NCBI GenBank assembly: GCA_002269645.1
Contig: NIVC01000891.1
Span: forward strand, 310,001 to 374,000
Length of the DNA stretch: 64,000 bases
Source of the DNA: Macrostomum lignano
Lineage: Eukaryota
Reading direction: 5' to 3'
Of the stretch, positions 25,261 to 36,834 are shown piece by piece. The notes beneath the pieces were generated by a model, which searched no databases, was not told the DNA's origin, and saw only the letters and a list, made by a program, of their open reading frames with translations. A program made the position numbers and the translations under genes. Position 1 is the first letter of the stretch, and every line of letters begins with the position of its first letter.

Positions 25261-25999
25261 GCTGAGTTGGCCAACTCTCTCTGATTCCTAATCAGATTTG
25301 ATTCCTAATCCCGGGGCAAAAGTATTGAGTCTTGGCGAATTATCTGATAAAAGCTAAATTCAGCCCAAGTTCCATCATGCTCATGCATCCGCTGAACTGT
25401 TTGCCTGCAAAGCAATTGGAGTTGCTTTTGCATTTTCAAGCCCGCTTCTGTTTAGACATTAAACTGCATCACTTCAGTATAATGCAAATAATGTTGATTT
25501 GCTTTGCTTGTTACCATGAGTACTTTGCTCAGCAACTATCTGCTGGTTCTCTACTTCCACACAGTGTCGCTTTGTATCAATTCTGCATCATTAGTTGCTC
25601 GAAGGAAATTTTGCCACGTGTTGAAGTTAAAGAGTTTGACAATACATTGCAGAGCGAACCATATCGTTCGAAACAAAAAAAGGAAAGCTGGTTTCTACCT
25701 GCACCTATTTTTGAGCAAATAATAAGATAATGAGGCGTCAACATTCGTTTCTAATGCCAGACAATGCCGTGACAAGAATCGCTAAAGACTCGTTGCGAAC
25801 AACTCACTAGTGACTCTGGGGGCGACTCAAACGACTGCAATGTGACGGAGAGGCGACTATTGAGTCACGAGCGCATCACTTGGGCTGCAGAATCGTAGAG
25901 TCGCAAAAAAGTCGTTCAAGAGTCGTGTATCGCACTATCGCTTAACTAGTAGGAAAATAAACATCAACAAAAACAAAAAGTAAACTTTGTTTAATTCTA

Positions 26000-26037
26000 G
26001 CCAACGCGTTTCGTCAAACACAAGACGTCGTCAGGGC
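26000..26037 (-). ncRNA. Minimal type I hammerhead ribozyme in the Penelope pseudo-LTR
   Basis: GCC-CUGACGA-C-GUC(loop)GAC-GAAA-CGCG-UU-GGC: conserved core, 3-bp stem II, palindromic stem III. Confidence 0.7.
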
Positions 26038-26842
26038 AAATTCAATCAACCTAAGATCACACCACCAATATATTTAAGCTAAAATCACTGTACAGTCCAG
26101 AGGCGGGTCAAATCAGTCCGGTAAGAATTAAGAAAGTGCCAAGTACACAACAAAGTGAGAGAGAGAAAAAAATAAATAGGCACGGCTCTGCTCACAGTAC
26201 TCTTAGCTCACGCTCCACCCCATTGCCAGCAAGCTGCACATTCAGGTTGGGTTTGTGCATTCTGATATACGAAGCTTCGATAATCTTAAGCTTATGGTAA
26301 AATTTGCACCCATCCAGCACTTTAAAGAGCTGAATCGGTTCACCGTCACAGCATTTTTTACAAACAAGCAGATGGTCATTAATCGCAGAGCTTTTTGGCC
26401 AATGTTCCCTAGCTCTAGTGTGCAGGTGTCGCTTCGTTTTTCCAATGTAGGAAACGCTCTGATCCTCAGAGCAGCGAAATTGGTAAACAACACCAGCCCT
26501 TAAAGCAAGTGGAACAGCTGACTTGAGCCTGCTAGCATAGCGACCGATCTTTTCAGTGCGAAATACAATCCTAACGGTGCACTTAACCCATTTGCTAAAC
26601 GTTTTCTCAAGTTTTTTCCTGAAGCACAAACCCAACCTGAATGTGCAGCTTGCTGGCAATGGGGTGGAGCGTGAGCTAAGAGTACTGTGAGCAGAGCCGT
26701 GCCTATTTATTTTTTTCTCTCACTTTGTTGTGTACTTGGCACTTTCTTAAAATTCTTGCCGGACTTTTTTGACCCGCCTCTGGACTGTACAGTGATTTTT
26801 GCTTAAATATATTGGTGGTGTGATCTTAGGTTGATTGAATTT

Positions 26843-26878
26843 GCCCTGACGACGTCTTGTTTTACGAAACGCGTTGGC
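26843..26878 (+). ncRNA. Second hammerhead copy (weakened stem II) in the inverted arm
   Basis: GCC-CTGACGA-CGTCTTGTTTTAC-GAAA-CGCG-TT-GGC. Confidence 0.55.
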
Positions 26879-27799
26879 TAGAATTAAAAAAAGTTTACTT
26901 TTTATGTTTTTGTTGATGTTTATTTTCCTACTATCGCTTAACTGTCTACTAACTCAAGTAGACTAAATAGAGCTGCTATAAAACGCGAAACGCGATTCTA
27001 ATTCATGAAGCGGCGCAGGCGCGCTTTAGACGCAACTCAGTGACTCTACATCGATTCTGGCACGCTGCAGAGTCGCAGACAATAAAACGTCTCAAATTGA
27101 CTCTCAGAAGACTCTTACGCAACTTGCACCGTGACATCTCGTCGTTTTAGAGTCATCTCGAGTCACTTCCCTACTCGTATTTTACCTGTGTCACCTGTAA
27201 CGACTCCATGGCGACGCTGGTGACGCCCGTTTTTATCGGACGAATTGCATATTTTTACCTTGGGGTGCCCTGCGCACAGCAGCCTTGAAATGTCCTGAAA
27301 TAGGCGCCAATAATTGGCTAACAATGAACCTTTTTGCTGGGAATTACAGTATTGGCACCTGGAGCTTCTCCCATCTTAAAAATTGCGGCTTCACTGGCAT
27401 CTGCGCAGAATTCTGTAGATTTTAGTTTTCAGGCGATAAAACTGTTTTCATATCTGCCCCAGGACTGCCTTCCACTGTCCCACTCGCCAATGAGTCTTCA
27501 GCATTGTAACGTTGCTAGGGCTGACGGCGCCGCATTTTTTGGCCCAGGGTGCCGGCTTGAATTCAGCTTTTCAGCCACGCTAATTGGGCATTCACTGCAT
27601 GAAAATTTCATGACTATAGAACCAGCCAACCCAGAGCTACAAGACATTGTCAAGACAAAGAATGGCCTTCAATTGTTTTCCGACAGTATTGCATTGGAGG
27701 CTGCTGTAACTTAAATAATGGGAACGCAATCGTCAGCATGACAGTGAAAAACACGCAGCCGCTTTCCAGTCCGCAAATTTCTGCATTCCGGACTCTGCA

Positions 27800-29138
27800 A
27801 TGATGTCTTTATTCATTTCTTTGCTGCATCTGCTTCTCAAGATTTCCTTGGCCACTGCAGAGCCGCTCGAAGTGCTGTACGAAGTTCACAGCAGCAGCTG
27901 GTCCGGCGATCGGGTTCACCAGTTCCACATTGCGGAAGAAACTCGTGTCCGTGGCGAGCTGCAGTGCGCGGTACTCGCCGCCAAGAGGCTGCTCCCTGAC
28001 CAGTTTCTGGTCTTCATCGAAGGCCTCGGTGTGGGACGGTCGCAGTGCATTCTGGGTGAGTTGCACGCCAACCGCAGTTGCATGCACTGATTTCATTCAT
28101 CCCCGTCGTAATCTTCATCCCGATCTCGCCAAACACTGAGATGTATGCACTGGTTTCAATCCAATCCACATCCCAATCTTCATACCCATCTACTGATGCA
28201 CGCACTGGTTTCATTCCAATCCCCATCCCAATCTCCACCCCCAACCACTGATGCATGCAATTGCTTCATTCTAATCCCATCCCCATCTCGCATCGCTGCA
28301 CTTCAGCCAGCCGGAGTGGCGCGGTGTGTCGCCGCCTGATGCCGCCGACTGAGGCGTCTCCGTGCTGCACCAGGGTGACTGACCACTGCAGTTCTCTGTG
28401 TAACATTTGTCCGTGTGCTGTGAGATGGCCAGCTGCTAACTGTGACCCCCACCCGATGTTGCAGGTGTTTGTGACGTCGCTCAGCGGCTGCCTCATCAGC
28501 GTTCAGCGCCGAGTCGACAACTCGACCAGATTCGATCGCAGCTGGGCCGAATACGCAGCCGGCTTCGGTCCTGGGCCGCACAGCAACCACTGGATCGGTG
28601 AGGCTGCAATTTCCGCATGCAGGCGACTCAGTGTGTACCGTAGTATACATATACAGTGTTTACCGTGTGTACCGTACCGTATGTCACAGTTGCGCTTGCT
28701 CAATTGGCAGGTCTGAGAAGCCTCAACTCCCTCACGTGGCCTTCTGGTCGGCAGCTGCGCATTCGGATGAGGCTGTGGAACGACACGGAGTACTGGGCGA
28801 ACTACAGCTCCTTCTCTGTGGACAGCGAGGACAACAAGTTTCAAGCCAGCATCAGCGGCTTCAGCGGCAGTTCAGGACTTGGAGACTGCATGGGGCACTG
28901 CAATGGCATGAATTTTAGCACCTTTGATTCGGACAACGACATTTCTTCAGGGAGCTGCAGTGCATTGTACAAGGGAGGCTGGTGGTACGGTTCGTGCCAC
29001 TGCACCAACCCGAACGGACTTTACTTTTATTCGCCCACTGCTCTCAATACAGCGCCTGTCTATGCCAAGAGCGTCTGCTGGAGCAATCCATTTGGTTACT
29101 ACTATTCGATGAAGGAGTTCGAGATGCTGCTTCTGTGA
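27800..29138 (+). CDS. Secreted fibrinogen-related domain (FReD) protein; exons 27800-28055, 28307-28374, 28465-28597, 28711-29138
   Basis: Signal-peptide-like N-terminus. FReD motifs QRRVDNS..F.RSW.EY..GFG...HWIG, FSTFDSDND, GGWWY..C...NPNG. Splice phases are consistent (1,0,1). Confidence 0.85.
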
Positions 29139-29234
29139 TTTTGCATCAATCGATTAGATTGCAGATGAAATGTTTTTAGAAAAAATGGAACGTTGCTGTT
29201 CGTAAAACTGAGGTTTATTTTGATTTTTGTCGCA

Positions 29235-29545
29235 GGGGTTGTAGGCAGCTTAGTGGTCAGAGTGTCGGACTCATGACTGAAAGGTCGGAGGTTCGATTCT
29301 CGACCCCCACTCGGAACAATTTGTGTCCTTGAGCAAGACACTCAACTCTGCATTGCTTCAGTTCACTTAGTTGTAAAATTGGTGCCAGCATTAGCTGTGG
29401 CAATTGAGGGTGTGACGACCCCTTTTCAGTCCTTAGACTGAACAGCCGTGCGCAGCCTTCAGATGCGCCGCACAATAGCTGCGGCTGAGCTGTCGGTTGC
29501 ACATCTGCCTATTAGGGCAGTTGTACTCAATTATTATTTTGTCGC
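29235..29545 (+). mobile_element. tRNA-derived SINE
   Basis: A-box-like TAGTGGTCAGAG and B-box GGTTCGATTC, followed by the central TGTCCTTGAGCAAGACACTCAACTC domain seen in V/Meta-type SINEs. A second copy lies at 46848-47146. Confidence 0.85.
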
Positions 29546-29845
29546 ATGCTGTAAAAATTTTGGTTTATTCCTAATTAACGGGTCCAACTGCTGCTGAGCT
29601 ACGAACTCAACCGCAGAAACACGTTTGGGGTTTTATGTGTCGGTGTTCTCTTAATTGTCACCTTGCCTTTGTCGCTCCAACGGTACCGCAAATTTTACCT
29701 TTTTATTATCGTTATTTTCCTATAGAAGTGCATCATTTTATATTTATTAGTCGCTTGATTCGTTAAGTTAACCTTATTTTTGTTAGAAACAAACCGGTTT
29801 CAGTGGCTGCGCAAAAAAGCGACCAGAGCTGGGACCGGGCCGCCC

Positions 29846-30062
29846 ACCAAGAGACAGGGGTGCCCGCCAAGAGACAGGGGCGCCCGCCAGGAGACAGGGG
29901 CGCCCGCCAGGAGACAGGGGCGCCTGCCAAGAGACAGGGGCGCCCGCCAGGAGACAGGGCCGCCCACCAAGAGACAGGGCCGCCCACCAAGAGACAGGGC
30001 CGCCCACCAAGAGACAGGGGCGTCCACCAAGAGACAGGGGCGCCCAGCAGGAGACAGGGGTG
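29846..30062. repeat. 20-bp minisatellite CGCCC(G/A)CCAAGAGACAGGGG
   Basis: Same family as the array at 47688-48223, in opposite orientation. Confidence 0.93.
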
Positions 30063-31650
30063 CCCGACAACACCAAAATATTGGCGCCCCTTAGGGTTGT
30101 GACCCCCTCCGATTAAAATTCGTGCGTACGCCACTGACTGTTTGAAGCTGACGCAAACATATTGTAAGTTTTTGTATGCATTATTTAACAAGGACGTCTG
30201 AAGTAGTCTATATATCTACTTAAGTAGTCCTCGCCATTTAAGTGTTCTGTTAGCATCAGTTACTTTCCTGTAAATTTCAAGATGACAAACATCCTTTAAA
30301 CAAACTCTTTTCTGTCCTCTTCCTTGCTAATAAACTATTTTTCCCCTGGGATCTACCTGTATCTGACACAAAAAAGTAAATTCTGAAATTGGTCTTTACA
30401 GTCCTGTCACTTACATCTTTTTGATTATATATTTTTTTCTATTTTGTTAGAAATGTCCATACGACACAGCCGTGTACTTTTAAGTAAACAGAAACACGTT
30501 TTTGTTTTGATTTATTTTAACATTAAAATCCGATTCTTTCTACTTACAGCAGCCAGCAACGCCTCGGTTTGGAGAATAATATATAAATTCGCATTGAAAA
30601 CCAGGCGCTCCGGTTGTTTCTATTTTTAGAAACAAATTTAGCGCCGATTACGCACTGTTGGGCTCTCAACTAGCGGAGGGTCGGGAATGTCACGTGAAGT
30701 TTATGCATTTGATCGATTTTCTATCCCAGCCCTCGACTTCAGGAACCCTGCTGTCGCACTCTATATTGCTTCCAGGGCCCAGACGTATGGCGGATATGGG
30801 TTTGATACTGTCTGGAACTCACTAGAAACCCGGCCCTGCTTGACAAATCATCATGCAGTCTCATCGCTACAGACTCGTCAACCTGTCATTAGTTAAGCTA
30901 ACCAAAAAACTAGTTTTGGTCAAGTTCGAGAGACATACGGGCTGTTTTAAAATGAAGCGATATGGTCAGAAATTAGTATAGAACAAGTTAGTTATCCACA
31001 GTTTAGCCAGTGGACTCTGCACCAAAATTATATTTGCTTGCTAAGCAATTTCAATAATGATATGCAATAAGTAAGTGGATTTGGCATTTCAAATTCATCT
31101 GATGTATATCGTGGCTATAAATGAAGTAAAAACAGACGAGAGCGCAAATTTACTCTTATTTACACAGACAAATTGCGGTAAAATTATTTAAGCAACAATG
31201 TACATGCCGCAACAACTTATAGTGGCTTCTAGCTTTCTTAATTGGAATTGTGAGAAAGTCGGGCGAGTCTGTAAATATCGGTGATGCATAAAATACCGCG
31301 TAGCTGATATTGCGGGAGGAATGTCTTGCAGTGTACAAAAAATCTAAAAAACAGCCTGTATTTTTAGTGCTTGCGGTATGTAAAAAATGGTACATGTATT
31401 ATTGATATGAAATATCCACTTATGTACACAGGCTTTGGCGCAGTCGGGCATTCGCTTTGATATTGAGCCAAATAATTACCCTTACAACAAATTTGCCGCG
31501 GACTCCTCTCTCAACGAAATGCTATCCGTGGGTGTGCAATACATTTGCATCACATGCAAGTACATATAAACGGATTGCACCAATGTCCATGCTTGAGCTA
31601 TAAAGTCACATTACTTGTACGCGCTATCTGGAAGCTGGCAGAAACGGTAA

Positions 31651-32706
31651 TTACTGATGCTTCTTCATGTGCAGCGCCAGGTGGTCGGAGCGGGAGAACG
31701 CCCGACCGCACAGGCTGCACGGGAACGGCCGGTCACCGGTGTGCTTCCGGTAGTGCCGGGTCAGCTCGTCCGACCGGGCAAAGCGCCAGCCGCAGCCGGG
31801 CCAGCCGCACAGGTACGGTTTTTCACCTGTGTGCGTCCGCAGGTGAGCCTTCAGGTGCGAACTCTTGCTGTAGGCCTTGGCACAGCTGGGCTCCGGGCAG
31901 ATGTGCAGTTGCGGCTGCGGCTGCTGCTGCTGAGTGCGCCTACCGGATGCCGTCGGCGTGGACTTCGGCTGTCTGGGTCTTCGGCACTGCTGCTGCTGTT
32001 GCTGCGGCTTCCTCTGCTGCTTCTGTTTCTCCTGCAGCCGAAGAATTTCCTCAGCCTGCTGGGTGCTTGGAGCGAACAGAGACACCGTGGCAGCTGCGGT
32101 CACCGAGGTCCGGCCGTTGATGATGCACGTGCCGCTGCCTGGCTGGTGCTGGAACGTGTAGCCAAACTGCTGCTGCTGCTGCGATTTCGACACCGAAGCT
32201 GCCGTTTGCTGCACAGAGTGGTCGATGATGAAGTCCAGGTCCAGCAGGCTCAGGTCTGAGCTGTCCATTGAGCTCCTGTGCTCATCGTCATCGCAGTCTT
32301 CCGCTTTGATAACTGAGAGCCAAGCCGCGGCTGAGTCCTGCAGCTGAAGATTCTGGCAGCTGTGAGGCGGCACACTGTCGCTGGCCGAGGCATCCAGGCC
32401 GCTGTGAACGGAGCCGGTGGACTCCGGACTGTGCCGGGAACTGCCGCCGCTGAAGTAGCTCTCCAGAGATGACAGCGGTGACTGGGGTAGCTGCAAGTTC
32501 AAAAACAGTTCAGAAGAAGGCTAGTTAAAGTGGAAAGATCGTTGCCGATCAATCAAGTCACGCGTCACACTGCACGGCTGTCAATTACTTACCGTTGTCG
32601 ACGATCGACAATCGAAATCGAACCAATCCGCGAATCCGTCGATGTCGCTGACGGTGACATTGGTCGCGGTTGGTGCTTCAACAGACTGACAGGCGTCTAG
32701 TATCAT
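31651..32706 (-). CDS. klf: Kruppel-like factor, KLF1/2/4 type; exons 32706-32593 and 32490-31651
   Basis: Three C-terminal C2H2 fingers with canonical KLF sequence ([24 protein letters not shown]) and an LLDLDFI motif typical of KLF2/4. Phase-0 GTAAGT/TTGCAG intron. Confidence 0.93.
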
Positions 32707-32843
32707 TGTTCCAGGCTGACTGTTGGGTAAAGCTTGCCGTACTGCTCTGGCGATAAGGACGATCAGTAGAGTGGAAGTTGAAGACAATTTGGCGAGAATT
32801 GCTAGCGAGAGCTTTGCCTCGGCTATCGGAGCAGAGCTCGCTG

Positions 32844-32952
32844 TTTTATGCACAGCTCGCGCCCCGCTCCCATTGGCCAGCCGGGCTCGCCTGAGCCGTC
32901 GGCATTTGCCTAATATGGCTCGGCCCGGGCTGACAAAGTGTGCTATTTTTAG
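32844..32952 (-). promoter_or_regulatory. Candidate KLF proximal promoter: MEF2 site, CArG box, CCAAT, GC box, CATAAAA
   Basis: CTATTTTTAG 32943-32952, CCTAATATGG 32909-32918, CCAAT 32876-32872, GCGGGG 32867-32862 and CATAAAA 32850-32844 lie in canonical order ~140-250 nt upstream of the ATG. Confidence 0.6.
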
Positions 32953-33949
32953 AATCAGTATATAAGCTCCGCTCCGGCAGAGGGAGGAGCAGAGTGAGGC
33001 AGACGGAGCGGAGGGGACGGAGCGTGAGAGAGAGAGGGGCGCTCCTGCAGTGCATGCAGTGTTTGTAAATGTCAATGAAAGCCTGTTCTGTGCCTGTGCC
33101 GAGTTTGTAAATGTGAGACGGCACTCGTTTTAACACTGGGGACTGGGTAGAGAAAAGTGCGCCGAAAACTGCCGATTGTTTCAGCTGAGCCTTTGAAGCA
33201 AAAAGGTGAATTTATTTGCAGCAATCAAACAATTCTCAGTGCTAAAAATGTAGCACACTTTCCCACAGTCCACTTTTGTGTTACTTTTGTCCTGAGTTCT
33301 TCAATGTTCTAAAGCGTCAGTGCAAAATGATTTCAATTTCTAATTTGTTTTCAAAAAGTTTTCATCTAAATATTCACCATAGAAATAATTGCTTAATGTT
33401 TTAAAACAAGTCGAAAAGTGTTATTGAGAAGTGCGACCTTTTACAGGTGCAATAAATTTGCGTAGATATGCAATGTAAGCAGCAAAACAAATATAGATAT
33501 GATTTCTTACCTTAATTTCAAAGCCGGGCCTCAGTGCCTGAGCTGGTTTCAAATGCCAGCAATGCACAGAAATGAGATAACGCTCCGTTTCGATGCAATT
33601 AGACGCAATTCTCAAGGAAAGCCTGTGGGAACGAGAGAGTTAGGCGGCCCCGGGCGGGCACGTGCCCTGCGCCCGCAAGCACTCACGTACGCTGCTGGAA
33701 TGCAAGTTTTGTTTCTAAATTTAGCCCTAATTCTTGTCTAGCGCACAATGGCCTACATGGAGTCGCTTGTGTCGCGGTTATAACTGAATTCTGTGCCAAG
33801 ATTTCGGCGAGATCGGTCACACTTGGCTACTCTCAGTAGGTGTGAGAGCGTATGAAATTTGACGGGTTTTAGCACATTCGATCTTCATGAAATTCTGCAA
33901 GTCAATGTCGATCACCCCTCTCTCTCTTTCTCTCTCTCTCTGCCATCCG

Positions 33950-34315
33950 CCACCCTTCACTGTACGAGTATCCGCGTTAGTTCTGCATTCACTGAATTCA
34001 CCGCCTTCCTTCACTGCCTTCTCTGCCTTCCTTCACTGCCACCCTTCACCGCTTTCTCCACCTCCCTTCACTGCCAACCTACACTGTCTTATCCGCCTCC
34101 CTTCATTACCTTCGATGCTTCCCTTCACGCCCACCCTTCACTGCTACTCTTCACTGTCTTCTCCAAATCCCTTCACTCCCACCCTTCGCTTCCACCCTTC
34201 ACTACCTTCTCTGCCTCCATTCACTGCCTTCTCCGCTTCCCTTCTCCGCCTCCTTTCACTGCCACCCTGCATTGCTTTCTCCACTTCCCTTCACTGCCTT
34301 CTCTGCATTTCTTCC
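33950..34315. repeat. Degenerate pyrimidine-rich repeat (CTTCACTGCC-like)
   Basis: Low-complexity C/T tract with a recurring motif. Confidence 0.75.
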
Positions 34316-34320
34316 TTTAA

Positions 34321-36834
34321 CAGTAGAAAGACCACGCTATTTTTCCCCATGGGAAAAGACCACGGGGGTGTACATTACAAATACACACAACCAATTTCAC
34401 CATAGCTCGTAGCTCGCAAACCGAATAACCGATTTTCGTAAAAGTCCACCATGTGGATCGAAATTCGCCCCCCCTTTCCAACGAATTAACTTTCAAAGTC
34501 ATCCGACGTCAGCATCGTCGAGATATTCAACGATTCTTGTCGAAGACACTGGTGGCAAGGACAACCAACACTACACTGTATAAACCTTTATGGTGAATCC
34601 ATATTGGCTCAATAATCTGGGTCCATCTGTCGGAGAGGCCTTTCTTCTCAGCATCCCAGGAACCAGGGTCCCCTTCATCACCGTCTGAAGCATCGGCGGC
34701 GACCGTCAGGACCTTCAACAAAAGCACTCGATCGGCATCGCAGAGACGGCTGCGTTCCCAAAACTGAAATGGAAGAATCCTCTTTTGCATGCAGCATTCA
34801 GTCAGTAGACATAATCGGTAAATGAAATGGACGACGGCAACCCTCTAGGTTGACCTGTAGACATACAAGCGACCTTCGGGACCTTCAACGGAGTGCCATC
34901 ACGCGGCCCCGACGAACTGGCACCCCCAACATCGTGAATTTTCTGTCAAGGCACCAAACCAGGCATGTCTGCATATTATACAATGGTCCTGCACCATGTT
35001 CAGCATTCAGCTCTGTCTGGACGACCTTCGGGACCTTCAACGGAGTGCCACCACGCGGCCCCGACTAGCTGGCACCCCCAACATCGTGATTTTTCTATCA
35101 AGGCACCAAACCAGGCATGTCTGCATATTATACTATGCTTTTGCACCGTGTTAAATTGGAGAGTTACAGATTTAACTGGCAACTGAATAATATAAAATAT
35201 ATTTAATTAGTCAAAAATGATATTACAGCAGGTCAAAAATGATATTACAGCAGGTCAAAAATGATATTACAGCATGTCAAAAATAATATTACAGCAAATT
35301 TAAAGCAGAAGGATCTGAATACTGACACATAGACACAAAGGCTGAGTCAATTGTCACTATTTAATTTGGTGCACAACGTGCGCAGTAATGGTGACTCACT
35401 GTCTCTTCCATCGCAGTGTGTCTTCGGCAAATTCCTTCGTCACACATGCAACACTTCCTTGTTGTCGCACTCAAGGCACGCTTCTCATCCTTTGACTTTT
35501 GTCTCGCGCATGTTGCACAGCGCTTTCTGCCACCAACTGACACCACAGCCGTCGCTTCGCGTGCCTGTTCCTTCTTTTGCTCGTCGTTGATTCGACAACC
35601 TGCGAGCTGGAACATCAGCCGGTGATGATTGGACAGATTTTGAAGAACAGCGGCCGATTGCGAGCGCTCCTCGATCAGAGGTTGCAGAAGTTGCGCAGCT
35701 GCCTTGCGCTGGAACTCGTTGCGATAGTTCGGCGAGGCGCAGAGCTCCGGGTGCGCCAGTCTCCAGCTGGCAGCGGCATTCACAGCTGCTATCGCCGCCG
35801 GAGAAGATTGCCTTCTCGCATGATTCGGACTTTCGCTTGCAGTCGGATGTGCGGAACGTCCTGTTGCAGGTGTCCGTGCCACTCTTGGTAGAATTGTAGT
35901 ACGAGCCTATTGCTACAGGCTTGCCATTGGGAAGCAATTGTCTGTCGTGATGCATGGTGGACAGCAACATCACGTTTCGGCCCGCTTTGGGCCAGTTAAA
36001 TCTGTAACTCTCCAATTTAACACGGTGCAAAAGCATAGTATAATATGCAGACATGCCTGGTTTGGTGCCTTGATAGAAAAATCACGATGTTGGGGGTGCC
36101 AGCTAGTCGGGGCCGCGTGGTGGCACTCCGTTGAAGGTCCCGAAGGTCGTCCAGACAGAGCTGAATGCTGAACATGGTGCAGGACCATTGTATAATATGC
36201 AGACATGCCTGTTTGGTGCCTTGACAGAAAATTCACGATGTTGGGGGTGCCAGTTCGTCGGGGCCGCGTGATGGCATCTCGTTGAAGGTCCCGAAGGTCG
36301 CTTGTCACAGGTCACAGGTCTACAGGTCAACCTAAAGGGTTTCCGTCGTCCATTTCATTCACCGATTATGTCTACTGACTGAATGCTGCATGCAGAAGAG
36401 GATTCTTCCATTTCAGTTTTGCGAACGCAGCCGTCTCTGCGATGCCGATCGGGTGCTTTTGTTGAAGGTCCTGACGGTCGCCGCCGATGCTCTAGACGGT
36501 GATAAAGGGGACCCTGGTTCCTGGGATGCTGAGAAGAAAGGCCTTTACGACTGATATGCATAGTTTCCTGAGCCGACGTGGTTTCATGATGAGATTTTGT
36601 GAACAGAAAAAATTTGCCAATATTTGTGGTTTTTGCCACCGGACACCCCGAGGAGAATCGTTGAATATCTCGAGGATGCCGATTTTTCGTGATTCTCGGA
36701 GTTGCTTCATCGAATAGAGCGGAAAATTTTAGCGCGTGTTCTGGATTTTGATGGCAATTGGTTGAATATTTTCGGAGATCCAGACAAAAGAAAAAGGTGT
36801 GTATTTGAAATGCACCCACATGGTCTTTCTACTG
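34321..36834 (-). mobile_element. Non-autonomous piggyBac derivative with long internal inverted arms
   Basis: TTAA at 34317-34320 and 36835-36838; perfect 14-bp TIR CAGTAGAAAGACCA. Transposase C-terminal remnants VMLLSTMH...KP...YYNSTKSGTD and a cysteine-rich tail CATC...CCMC...IC..H at 35361-36010, frameshifted. Confidence 0.9.

Larger units (their letters stand above)
25948..26932 (-). mobile_element. Truncated Penelope-like element with GIY-YIG endonuclease fragment and inverted terminal pseudo-LTRs
   Basis: ORF 26192-26659 has GVVYQF.C...YIGKT.R.L..R..EH...IEA.YI...P.LN. Arms ~25948-26258 and ~26623-26932 are reverse complements. TSD (CT)ATCGCTTAACT at 25935-25947 and 26931-26943. Confidence 0.92.

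Noticed and set aside
29235-29315. Functional tRNA gene
   Set aside because: It continues into a SINE body shared with a second copy; the acceptor stem is not convincing.
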